Virus record (IMG/VR): IMGVR_UViG_3300016667_000048
Location: 1-47,272 of that record
DNA from: a virus
Lineage: Duplodnaviria > Caudoviricetes
DNA: 47,272 bases
Reading direction: 5' to 3' (one strand)
Part shown: positions 9,669 through 18,004 of the stretch, piece by piece
How positions within the stretch are numbered: the stretch's first letter is position 1
Layout of the letters: each line of letters begins with the position of its first letter
The notes under the pieces: generated by a model
Told to the model about the DNA's origin: nothing
The model's input: only the letters and a program-made list of their open reading frames with translations
Database searches by the model: none
Position numbers and translations under genes: made by a program

Positions 9669-9941
9669 CTATTTTCGCTCAGTTTCAGCTTCGCGGGCTT
9701 CTAGCTCGTAGGGGTTCGCATGGTAGCCGTATAGCAACCCCCACCATAGGTACTTGATCGCAAACAACACGCGACCGTCGCGCTCGATCTGTTCTAGGTG
9801 CTTGCGCTCGTGGCGCAGCAGCCGTTCGTCGTTCTCGTTGCCGGGCAGCACATAGATGACGCGCCAGAAGGACGTCCACCCGCGACATTTCATGGCGCGG
9901 ATGTACCAAGCGATCAGGCCGGTGGCGGTGCGGACGGTCAT
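9669..9941 (-). CDS. Minimal HExxH zincin-like protein
   Basis: 90 aa; LLRHERKHLEQ plus a downstream NPYELEA. Confidence 0.6.
   Translation of the reverse strand: MTVRTATGLIAWYIRAMKCRGWTSFWRVIYVLPGNENDERLLRHERKHLEQIERDGRVLFAIKYLWWGLLYGYHANPYELEAREAETERK
9874..9940. repeat. 67-bp perfect direct repeat, copy 2
   Basis: Identical to 7560-7626. Confidence 0.95.
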
Positions 9942-11594
9942 TTACAGCGAACCAAATGCAGACAACAACCAAGAACTTCCGGTGTACTCTACGTCACACC
10001 ATTGGCCTGTAGCCAAAGACTTCAAGCCACCGACGTTTAGAGTAAACGCACCGGTAGAACCCGCAGTTCGAGAAATCCTAAACTTAGCGCCGGAGAAAGC
10101 GCCCGTTGTGGATAGTGTTACCGTTCTATTTGCAGTCAGCGGAGACTGCCAGAAGTTTGTCGTGTAGCTACTTCCAACGGTCAAGGTTGCATCGGAGTCT
10201 CCTTGGTTGGTGTAAACGTATGCCACCTGACCCATAGGAATCCACGAACCCGGAGTACCTGCGGAAATGCATATCCAACCGGGGCTCTGCCCACCACCTT
10301 GAAAGTTAGGGTTCCAGATAATGTCCCCGCGCCTCCAAGTGCCCCCGCTTGGAATACTGGTGTACCAAATTTGCGCGTTTTCACTCACACCACCCGTAGG
10401 GTTAGATGAGGCTCCACCAGAGTAAGTATTGCCAAACATTCTTGCCGGTAGGTTTGCACTGGGCATACCCCCCGCAATGCTAACCTGAGTAGGCGAACTA
10501 ACTTGCAGGTGGAAGTTGTTTTGGTAAACAAGACCTTCCACAGAGGTTATAGAGTTGTTACCGTCTTGGAAGTAACACCCCGAAACTGTAAGATTTTTAG
10601 CAGTGCTGTCGGAGTACAGGTTGTACGACTTGTTGTTTTCCCAGTAACAACCGTTGAAGGTTACAGCAACAGATTTTTGTACCACAGCGCCATACGCTGT
10701 AGTGACACCACCCGATTTACCGTTGCCCGTGAAGTCGCACGAGGTGAACACTACACCGAAGTTTTCACTCAGCGCATCGGGCGTAGCCGCCATATAGAGG
10801 CCGGCATATCCGTCAAGGATACTGTTGCCGTTAAATACGCAATGATCAAAGTGGATCGCATTGCCGGCAATAGATACGAGGCATCCGTTCTTGTAGTTGT
10901 TTGCGCAGGTTACCTGCTTGAGTGCGGATGCATAAGCTCGTTCTAGGTACACACCGTTACCGCCGTGCCCGGTAGCCCAGATGTTTTCCAGATGCACCAT
11001 CGCATGGCTGGTATATATACCATGCTGCGACCCCGCGTTACCTCGGATCGTCATGTTAGACAGACGAATCTGGCTGTCATAATTTGGTGGGGTAAACGGC
11101 TCGTTGTTCAGTCGGATAGCGTTATCCGACCCCGCGTTATAGATGACGGTTCCAGAGTTAGCGGTGTTGCGGTACGCCGCACCTTCGATGTTGTATGAAA
11201 ACTGCGGATACAGGTTTAGCGCCGCTGTAGTTTTATAGACTCCTGCAGGGATATAACCTCGATTGTTTTTGCAAGCGTCCAAAAACGCTTGCAGCGGAAC
11301 CGTCACATCCAGCGTGGTAGTGCCAGCTTGTACGTCCGCAACTTGCGCCGCAGTCATGAAGTCGAATGCACTAATACGCTCACGCAACTTGCTCTGCACA
11401 GTCGTAGTGACGGCACCAGTACCCGCAGGCTGGTATGCCAAACCCCCTGTGCCGATCCGAGCCACTTCGGTCAGCGTGCCGTCGAACACGCCTTGGTTCA
11501 CGATGAGGTTGCCGCTGCTGGAGGTCAGGACAATGTTATTCGCCGGGGTGACATCCGACCCGACTTGGTGCTTGTTGGCTTTAATGGTGGACAT
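9942..11594 (-). CDS. Tailspike / beta-helix receptor-binding protein 2
   Basis: 550 aa. PAGTGAVTTTVQSKLRE, a beta-helix, GTWRRGD...WICISAGTPGSW and an extra C-terminal beta domain. Confidence 0.85.
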   Translation of the reverse strand: MSTIKANKHQVGSDVTPANNIVLTSSSGNLIVNQGVFDGTLTEVARIGTGGLAYQPAGTGAVTTTVQSKLRERISAFDFMTAAQVADVQAGTTTLDVTVPLQAFLDACKNNRGYIPAGVYKTTAALNLYPQFSYNIEGAAYRNTANSGTVIYNAGSDNAIRLNNEPFTPPNYDSQIRLSNMTIRGNAGSQHGIYTSHAMVHLENIWATGHGGNGVYLERAYASALKQVTCANNYKNGCLVSIAGNAIHFDHCVFNGNSILDGYAGLYMAATPDALSENFGVVFTSCDFTGNGKSGGVTTAYGAVVQKSVAVTFNGCYWENNKSYNLYSDSTAKNLTVSGCYFQDGNNSITSVEGLVYQNNFHLQVSSPTQVSIAGGMPSANLPARMFGNTYSGGASSNPTGGVSENAQIWYTSIPSGGTWRRGDIIWNPNFQGGGQSPGWICISAGTPGSWIPMGQVAYVYTNQGDSDATLTVGSSYTTNFWQSPLTANRTVTLSTTGAFSGAKFRISRTAGSTGAFTLNVGGLKSLATGQWCDVEYTGSSWLLSAFGSL

Positions 11595-11631
11595 GGGGTT
11601 CCTTTTTAGTCGCTACGCAATACTGCGCGGG

Positions 11632-13236
11632 TTAAAAATCTTCCACGCTAAAAATTATTGTCTGGCTAGGCCAATCTTGCGCGGCAGGCCCGGGGTTAGT
11701 AACGAATACCCCCACGGTATTTATGCTCACATCATGAGCCATAGCGGAAAAGCTCATACCGTTAGACACGGAGTACCGGGGACGCCCCGTTACAACACTG
11801 GTAGGCTTACAACCAGTAACCGCATACGCGCCAGTAAAAAAGTTTTGAGCAGGCACCGAGGGGAAATCAACAGTTACCTGCGCCGTGAACTTTAATTTTG
11901 AATTTAGGTTAGTCGGGTTGGTAGCAAAATACAATTCTGACGCATACCCGTTTACGTAAGTGTTTTTAACCGTATACGGCGACGAACCTACGCAAAGCTG
12001 GTTTCCGACGTATATAGCACGGGAGTTTGCCACCGCCGCATCACTAGTTGCGTCATTATTCAGAACCGTGATGTCTTTAGCATGGTTGTCAGCCGTTGTG
12101 AACGACGGATGTGCCAACTCTATGCATTCCCCCAAAGAGGAGGTTACGTTGTATTTACGGAATCGGTTATCTTTAATAGTAATTAACCTACCGTTAAAAA
12201 CAACAATATTCACACCACCGCTAGATAGGACTACATCTTCATCGAAGGTGTTGCCAATCAAGTCCACCTTGAAGGTGTCGTTGGCAGTGGGTACAGCTTG
12301 TTCACCAATTGCAATGTCCGCGACTACGTTTTTACGCCTAACAAACGAGTTACCGATAACTAAAATATTGCTACAGTCAAACCCGCCAGAGCTATCATGT
12401 GCAATTTCTAAAGAACCATCGTAGCCATCTATGAACTTATTATTGGCAATCGTAACGTTGCTGCTTCTTTGGCAGGAGAACGCGGGCCTGTATAGTGCGG
12501 ACGCAACACCTGAACGGTGGTTACGAATAATATTATTACTATAGATGTTATTACAGTACGCGCCTTTGGCTTGGTACAATGAGTGCCGTTGAGCCCCGTC
12601 GATTACGTTTGAGTACACTTGACAGTCCGTGGCGTTAGCCAAGTGAATACCGTAACCTTGACCCGGATTAACTCCGATAAGGCTCGTTAGAGTGTTGTTA
12701 TACACTTTAGATTTTGTATAACTGCCGCCCAAATCGGCATTCAGAGAAATACCTACATTTATCTGAGAGATGTTGAGATCATGGAAACGGGCGTTGGATA
12801 CTGTTTGCCCAGAATTACATCCGATAGCGGTTTGAGAATATGCTGAGTTATTCTCACCAACTAAAGTGAGGCTATCGATTTCAAGGTCATCGATAGTGCC
12901 CACGAGCTTGAAAATGAACGCCGAAGACGAAGCCCCAGAAAGCGAAATTTTACCTTTTCCGGTTATGCGGATTCTGGACTTGTTAGTAATCGTAAGTCCT
13001 GTGGAAAGCGTGTAGTCGCTGGATATGTTAAGGCGTTGGCCGGGCACTAACGCATCTATAGCTTGCTGCAAGGTAGGGAAGTCACTATCGCTTATCTCTA
13101 GCTTTCGCAGCTTAGCCTGCACAGTAGTAGGAACCGCGCCAGCGCCCGCAGGGGTGTAGCTCATGCCCGACGCTGGCACTGTTTGAATATCGTTGACGCC
13201 CGTGATGGAGCCGCTGCCGCTGATTTGAATACTCAT
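11632..13236 (-). CDS. Tailspike / beta-helix receptor-binding protein 1
   Basis: 534 aa. PAGAGAVPTTVQAKLRK, TLQQAIDAL and right-handed beta-helix repeats (IxNNxI). Confidence 0.85.
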   Translation of the reverse strand: MSIQISGSGSITGVNDIQTVPASGMSYTPAGAGAVPTTVQAKLRKLEISDSDFPTLQQAIDALVPGQRLNISSDYTLSTGLTITNKSRIRITGKGKISLSGASSSAFIFKLVGTIDDLEIDSLTLVGENNSAYSQTAIGCNSGQTVSNARFHDLNISQINVGISLNADLGGSYTKSKVYNNTLTSLIGVNPGQGYGIHLANATDCQVYSNVIDGAQRHSLYQAKGAYCNNIYSNNIIRNHRSGVASALYRPAFSCQRSSNVTIANNKFIDGYDGSLEIAHDSSGGFDCSNILVIGNSFVRRKNVVADIAIGEQAVPTANDTFKVDLIGNTFDEDVVLSSGGVNIVVFNGRLITIKDNRFRKYNVTSSLGECIELAHPSFTTADNHAKDITVLNNDATSDAAVANSRAIYVGNQLCVGSSPYTVKNTYVNGYASELYFATNPTNLNSKLKFTAQVTVDFPSVPAQNFFTGAYAVTGCKPTSVVTGRPRYSVSNGMSFSAMAHDVSINTVGVFVTNPGPAAQDWPSQTIIFSVEDF

Positions 13237-13245
13237 GCTAAATCC

Positions 13246-13842
13246 TTAAACGATAGTCCAAGTGCTGCCAGAAGGCACAGTCACCGTAATACCAGAGTTT
13301 ACCGTGATCGGGCCTGCAGTCATGGCGTTTTTACCCGAGGTAATGGTGTAGTTGTTAGTTACCGTCTGGTCGTTCTCGTAAAACACGGCATTGGTGCCGC
13401 CGCCTGTAGCGCCAGAACCCGGGGAACTGATCGTGCGAACCGCCGTCCCATCACTCCAAACAGTGACCAACTGACCTGTTTGAACCTTAACCCCGGCACC
13501 TGCTGCCGTCGTGTTACCAATAACAGTCGAGTTATAGATCGTGGCGTCGTACGCGGTCGTGTTGTAGATGATGTACGACTTGGGCGTCGGTGGTACGTAG
13601 ACCTCAAAGTTTGCCGTGGTTGTCGTGGTCAGCTTGATCGCTGCCATACGGGCTTGGTCTACCGCACCGTTATTAGCCGTCAGGGCTTGCTTGGCAGAAG
13701 TCACCGAGACCGTCACCAGACCCGTGATGGCGTTCTCCAGCAAAGTGCCGATGTTCAGGTTGGTAGTGTCGCCCCAAGTACCGGCTTGTTCGCCGTTAGC
13801 GATTAGCTCAAGGCGCAGGCTACTGGAGTAGGTGCTTGGCAT
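13246..13842 (-). CDS. Proximal tail-fiber/adaptor protein
   Basis: MPSTYSSSLRLELIANGEQAGTWGDTTN at the N-terminus and AGPITVNSGITVTVPSGSTWTIV at the C-terminus; it precedes the tailspikes. Confidence 0.65.
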   Translation of the reverse strand: MPSTYSSSLRLELIANGEQAGTWGDTTNLNIGTLLENAITGLVTVSVTSAKQALTANNGAVDQARMAAIKLTTTTTANFEVYVPPTPKSYIIYNTTAYDATIYNSTVIGNTTAAGAGVKVQTGQLVTVWSDGTAVRTISSPGSGATGGGTNAVFYENDQTVTNNYTITSGKNAMTAGPITVNSGITVTVPSGSTWTIV

Positions 13843-13860
13843 GGAATGTCCTTATAGGTG

Positions 13861-14547
13861 TCAAACAACAGGCACTTTGATCTGCCCATTGCGATAGGTG
13901 TCGCCGCGCTGCTTGCCGTCTGCAGTCTGCTTGAGTTGCGCCAGTGCGTCCTTGAACTTGGCTTCGTACGCCGCCGTAATCTCAGCGTCACCCTTCATGA
14001 ATACCGAAGCTTCTACCAAGCAGCCGTAGAGCAGCACGTGCTCGTAGTTATCGCCCAGCCACGTATTGCCCGCCGTCACGATAGACTCAGGGTACGCGAA
14101 GTACTGCAGCTCACCCGAGTAGGCAGCGTCCGGTGTCGGCCCAACTAGGAATCGAAGCTCCGCGTCGTCTGCAACCTGAGGGCCGAAAATGGCGTAGTAC
14201 CTGGGTAGGCCGGTAGTAGTCGGGCTGGGATAAACTTCTCGGATGAAGTTCGGGTCTTTGACCAGCAGGAAGCTGTAGGCACCCGTGCCGTCGATCACCG
14301 CAAGCGAGTACGCCGCTTGGAAGTCGTTAGGAGCCAGCACATACGAGTCACCGCTGGTCATCGCGACCGTCGCGGTCTTACGAGTCGTAGCAAGCTGTAC
14401 CGAGTTGTAGATGCGCCGTTCTGCTTGCGTGATGAACTGATTGATCTGTGTCGTGTACGGCACAGTCGAGCCATCAGCCAACGTAGTGGCGGGAAAAGTG
14501 TTTTCAGTCCACGACTGAATCGCTGCGAACAACTCGGAATACAGCAT
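13861..14547 (-). CDS. Tail adaptor / tail tubular protein A-like
   Basis: 228 aa. FITQAERRI, GLPRYYA, GPTPD and LLYGCLVEA motifs. Confidence 0.65.
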   Translation of the reverse strand: MLYSELFAAIQSWTENTFPATTLADGSTVPYTTQINQFITQAERRIYNSVQLATTRKTATVAMTSGDSYVLAPNDFQAAYSLAVIDGTGAYSFLLVKDPNFIREVYPSPTTTGLPRYYAIFGPQVADDAELRFLVGPTPDAAYSGELQYFAYPESIVTAGNTWLGDNYEHVLLYGCLVEASVFMKGDAEITAAYEAKFKDALAQLKQTADGKQRGDTYRNGQIKVPVV

Positions 14548-14558
14548 TAGTGCTCACC

Positions 14559-14747
14559 TCAAGCCATCGGGCCACGGGCCATAGTGCCCTTTGTAGCCGC
14601 ACCGGTACCACGAATCTTGATACCCGAGGTCTTTGCGCCGTGCTCGCCTTCAGACTTGTCGATGTTGCCGACGCTGACATCGCGGTTCTTCAGGTCGTTC
14701 CAGAGCGGGCGCTTGTTCGCCGGGACTTGTACAGGTTTGGTAGCCAT
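14559..14747 (-). CDS. Small basic virion-region protein
   Basis: 62 aa ending in RGTGAATKGTMARGPMA. Confidence 0.65.
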   Translation of the reverse strand: MATKPVQVPANKRPLWNDLKNRDVSVGNIDKSEGEHGAKTSGIKIRGTGAATKGTMARGPMA

Positions 14748-14749
14748 GA

Positions 14750-14881
14750 TTAGCCTCGCTTCTGAGCGGCGACCTTAGCCAGACCGCGACCCATCTTTTT
14801 CATGTCAGCGTTGGTCTTGCCGACCGCATGCTTGACCGGGCCGTTTTGAACGGGTTGTTTCTTGTCAGGGGAAGTAGCCAT
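14750..14881 (-). CDS. Small basic protein (43 aa)
   Basis: Read manually: MATSPDKKQPVQNGPVKHAVGKTNADMKKMGRGLAKVAAQKRG. GGAG RBS; fills the gap between neighbours. Confidence 0.65.
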   Translation of the reverse strand: MATSPDKKQPVQNGPVKHAVGKTNADMKKMGRGLAKVAAQKRG

Positions 14882-14895
14882 GATGTTACTCCGTA

Positions 14896-15195
14896 TTAGG
14901 TGCCCGGATAGGGCGGTAGGTACAAATCGGAAATCGTCTGCCCATTATCAGGTATCACGCGAGAAGCCGCTAGTGATGGATCAGGTCGCGGATCGCGCAG
15001 GGCCTGTGGGTCGTCAATTGGGAACGTGCCCAGCATCAACTGAGGCTGGTCTTCGTCCAAGCATTCAGGACACCGCTTGGAGTTAGTGACCTTCTGCTTA
15101 AGAATCTGCGGCTTTAGTTTTGCCAGCGGGTAGCGCTGGTTGCAGATCGAGCAGAACCCAAAAGCCTTCTTACCTGCAGCAAAACGATTCGGCAT
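14896..15195 (-). CDS. CxxC...CxxC zinc-binding head-tail region protein
   Basis: CSIC and CPEC, followed by DPQALRDPRPD. Confidence 0.65.
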   Translation of the reverse strand: MPNRFAAGKKAFGFCSICNQRYPLAKLKPQILKQKVTNSKRCPECLDEDQPQLMLGTFPIDDPQALRDPRPDPSLAASRVIPDNGQTISDLYLPPYPGT

Positions 15196-15197
15196 GA

Positions 15198-15881
15198 TTA
15201 CACCGTGAAGCTACGTGGTACAAAACGCACCGCTGCACGGTCGCGGTCTTCCTCCGCAGCCAGCGTAAAGGCTTCGTCGTACTGGGCCTTGAGCATCTGA
15301 ATGCGGTCCATAGCCCCCGGCAATTTCACCGAGAGGTGGTACGCCAGTCCTGCAATCAGCGCCGGTAGGAACCGGAACGGAACATCCTGCGTAGCCGCGC
15401 CGCCAGTGCCCGCATCTTGAATACGACGAAGCCGCCAGTACACCATCGTATAGGGCGTCGAGTTGTCAGGCACCGGCCAGAGCTTTACCCGAGGTGTGTT
15501 AAGACGTTCAACCCAAATCTGCAGGGGGCGTCCAGTATCGTTCTTGTTCGGGATCGTCGCGTAGGTCGAAACACTGATGCGGGTCAGGTTGATATCCTGT
15601 TGCGACTGACCTGTACCCGTACGAGTAACATGCTCCAGAAGATCAACCGTGTCAGCGGGAAGATCGTAAGTAGCCGTACCCGCAACAAGCGGGATAGCGC
15701 CTTGCTCCAACGTCCAGAGGTTAACGCCACGGTTAGCCCACTCAGACAACATAATGTTGAGCGAGCGACGCGCAGTACGCAGGTCGTAGCCAGAGCGAAG
15801 CTCAGAGCCACAACGCTCAAAAGCTTCCTCGACAATCTCCGCTAGATCAAGCGTAAACGCAGCGGTACCGCTAGTAGTCAC
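15198..15881 (-). CDS. Head-tail adaptor protein
   Basis: 227 aa. EEAFERCG, ARRSLNIMLSEWANRGVNLW, LWPVPD and PFRFLPAL. Confidence 0.65.
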   Translation of the reverse strand: MTTSGTAAFTLDLAEIVEEAFERCGSELRSGYDLRTARRSLNIMLSEWANRGVNLWTLEQGAIPLVAGTATYDLPADTVDLLEHVTRTGTGQSQQDINLTRISVSTYATIPNKNDTGRPLQIWVERLNTPRVKLWPVPDNSTPYTMVYWRLRRIQDAGTGGAATQDVPFRFLPALIAGLAYHLSVKLPGAMDRIQMLKAQYDEAFTLAAEEDRDRAAVRFVPRSFTV

Positions 15882-16162
15882 TTCATACCCTTCAAGGTCT
15901 TGGCGAACCGAGCGCGCTGACCCAGCTTACCGGGCTTCTTAGCTGCAGCTTCCAGCTTGGCAGCAGGAATAGTCTCGCCCTTCTTGACGCCCAGTTCCTT
16001 ACGTAGCGCGCCCGGTTTTTTGATCGCGCTCTGAACCCACTTCTTACCAGTCATACCACCCTCCGAGTACACATCGAACTGGGTACGGTCATTGCGCGAC
16101 CGCTGCTTGGGTTTAGGCATTTTAGAGGGGGCCATAGCCCCCATGCCCTTGCTAGGCATCAT
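15878..16162 (-). CDS. Small Lys-rich virion protein
   Basis: YSEGG followed by WVQSAIKKPGALRKELGV...RARFAKTL. Confidence 0.65.
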   Translation of the reverse strand: MMPSKGMGAMAPSKMPKPKQRSRNDRTQFDVYSEGGMTGKKWVQSAIKKPGALRKELGVKKGETIPAAKLEAAAKKPGKLGQRARFAKTLKGMK

Positions 16163-16914
16163 CGCATGGTGCCTTTAGTCTTGCCGCGAAGCTCGATACC
16201 GCCGCCGCGAGCATACTTCTTGACCTTACCGCCACGACGCATTTCAGGTTCGTCCTCGCTAACCGACTTCATAGCACGGCTACGGGTTTCTTCGCTGATA
16301 TTCTCGTTGCGACCTTCGCGCATGGAAGACTTAGGCTCCGGAGCGCTAGCCTTTTTAGCAGCGGGTTTCTTAGCAGCGGGGGCTTTAGCCTTGGGAGACT
16401 CCGAGGTATCTTCCTCAACTTTAGAAGACCCCACAGGCTTGATGCGCTCGTTAGCCAGACGCTCTTCCGAGTCCTTGGACAGCTTGACACCTTCGCGGCT
16501 AGACGGCATAGCGTCAGCCACCTTGTCAACAATCTTGCGGCCAATACCAGTCTTCTCATCAATAGCGCGACCGATATCCCAACCAGTTTGAAGTGCGCCT
16601 GCAGCGCCGAGGGCTCGACTTGCCGTGCGGGTCAGCGCCTTGGCACCAGCAACTTGTGCTTTAGCCCGGTTACCAGCATTTGCGATATCGGTGGTGTCCA
16701 GACCGCGACGAATCTTGGCTGCGTCAGCCGCTTGCGAACGAACGACATCTTCCCGCAAGTTAGGCGTAACGTCCTTGGCATTGGTCTGACCCGGCGACCG
16801 ATAGCGGTAGCCCTCTTGCGCAGGCTTGTTCAAACGACCAAGAAACTTGCCCGTGTCGCCGCCGTCAGCGAACTTGCGGGTCTTACCCGCACCTTTAGCT
16901 TTCATATTAGCCAT
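16159..16914 (-). CDS. Basic, probably disordered internal virion protein
   Basis: 251 aa with KFADGG and MRRGGKVKKYARGG. Confidence 0.6.
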   Translation of the reverse strand: MANMKAKGAGKTRKFADGGDTGKFLGRLNKPAQEGYRYRSPGQTNAKDVTPNLREDVVRSQAADAAKIRRGLDTTDIANAGNRAKAQVAGAKALTRTASRALGAAGALQTGWDIGRAIDEKTGIGRKIVDKVADAMPSSREGVKLSKDSEERLANERIKPVGSSKVEEDTSESPKAKAPAAKKPAAKKASAPEPKSSMREGRNENISEETRSRAMKSVSEDEPEMRRGGKVKKYARGGGIELRGKTKGTMR

Positions 16915-16922
16915 GATCTATC

Positions 16923-17309
16923 TCAGCACTTAGTCTTGCTCGGCATTTTCTTGCCGTCGATACCGAGCTGGCGACCACGGGTCTTGCCCTTTTGGGCAAT
17001 ACCATCAATCGAGCCACCCTTGGCATAGCAAGAAGTCTTGCCACCCTTCTTGTACTCAGCAGCTTCTTTGCGTTCTTCAGCGACCATCTTCTTGGGAAGG
17101 CCAGCCTTCTCCATAGCTTTAGCATGGCGCATTTCCATTGCTTTCTTACCCGTAGCCATAGTGTTACCACCTTCCTTAAGATTGCGGCGCTTGTCCGCTT
17201 GAACAAACTCTTCCCCCACATTTTGAGGGATGCCTACTTTTTTAGCAAATGCTTTGTTATGTGCTACCGCACGCATCAGCTTTGCTTGTTCCGGGGACTT
17301 AGATGGCAT
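16923..17309 (-). CDS. Small basic virion protein
   Basis: MPSKSPEQAKLMRAVAHN; LKEGG, YKKGG, YAKGG and DGIAQKGKTRG. Confidence 0.65.
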   Translation of the reverse strand: MPSKSPEQAKLMRAVAHNKAFAKKVGIPQNVGEEFVQADKRRNLKEGGNTMATGKKAMEMRHAKAMEKAGLPKKMVAEERKEAAEYKKGGKTSCYAKGGSIDGIAQKGKTRGRQLGIDGKKMPSKTKC

Positions 17310-17310
17310 G

Positions 17311-17589
17311 TCAAACCCCCGGGCAGTTCCAACGTTTCAGGGATGCCGCCTTGCGAGTCGGGCGACCTTTTTCGTCTTTCATAGGCCCCGGCATGCCGCT
17401 CATGCGCGCACAGAACGAGTCCCGACGCTTACCACCTTCCGGTTGCGGAGCCTTGAGGTTGCTGCCTGTAGCCGCGTTGTACTTGGCTCGACCCTTGGCG
17501 GTCAGGCCCGCGCCTTTAGACACCGGAAGTTTTTCACCGCGCCCAACCGCAAGCGAGGGGCCTTTTTTCTTAGCGGGTTTCGTAGCCAT
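17311..17589 (-). CDS. Small basic protein (RRDSFCARM...LKRWNC type)
   Basis: Probable start is MATKPAKKKG at 17589, preceded by GGAG. Confidence 0.65.
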   Translation of the reverse strand: MATKPAKKKGPSLAVGRGEKLPVSKGAGLTAKGRAKYNAATGSNLKAPQPEGGKRRDSFCARMSGMPGPMKDEKGRPTRKAASLKRWNCPGV

Positions 17590-17650
17590 CAAAAGTCTCC
17601 AAAAAAGACCCACCACACGATCATGGGTAGCACCAGAAGCGCTAGAAACG

Positions 17651-18004
17651 TCATCCAAGCAGCCCCAACTTGTTGGCCGCATAAGTACCTAACACGGCAA
17701 GCAAAGCCCACACAGCACGATCAACCCAGTCGGACGTACGCTTGGTCTCGGGAATCGTCTTCTCCAGCACCGTCAGGCGTTCTTCATGCTTCTCAAGGGT
17801 TTTGAAAGCGCGGCCAAGGGATTGTGCCGACTGCATCTGACGCTCTTCAATCAGAGCAAGCTTGGTTACAGCTTGCGCCATGTCTTTCATGGAGGCTTTT
17901 ATCTCCCCCACATCGGCTTGCATGGTCTCTAGCTGGATAGCCAGCGTAGCGAGAACCGTGTCCGCTGTGCGTCGAGCCTCACGGGTATCAGGGCAGTCCA
18001 CCAT
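17651..18004 (-). CDS. Coiled-coil protein with a C-terminal membrane anchor
   Basis: Heptad-rich body followed by AVWALLAVLGTYAA. Confidence 0.6.
   Translation of the reverse strand: MVDCPDTREARRTADTVLATLAIQLETMQADVGEIKASMKDMAQAVTKLALIEERQMQSAQSLGRAFKTLEKHEERLTVLEKTIPETKRTSDWVDRAVWALLAVLGTYAANKLGLLG

Noticed and set aside
7560-9940. DGR template/variable repeat pair, or invertible tail-fiber segment
   Set aside because: The copies are identical direct repeats with no adenine-specific mismatches. No reverse transcriptase or invertase is present in the window.
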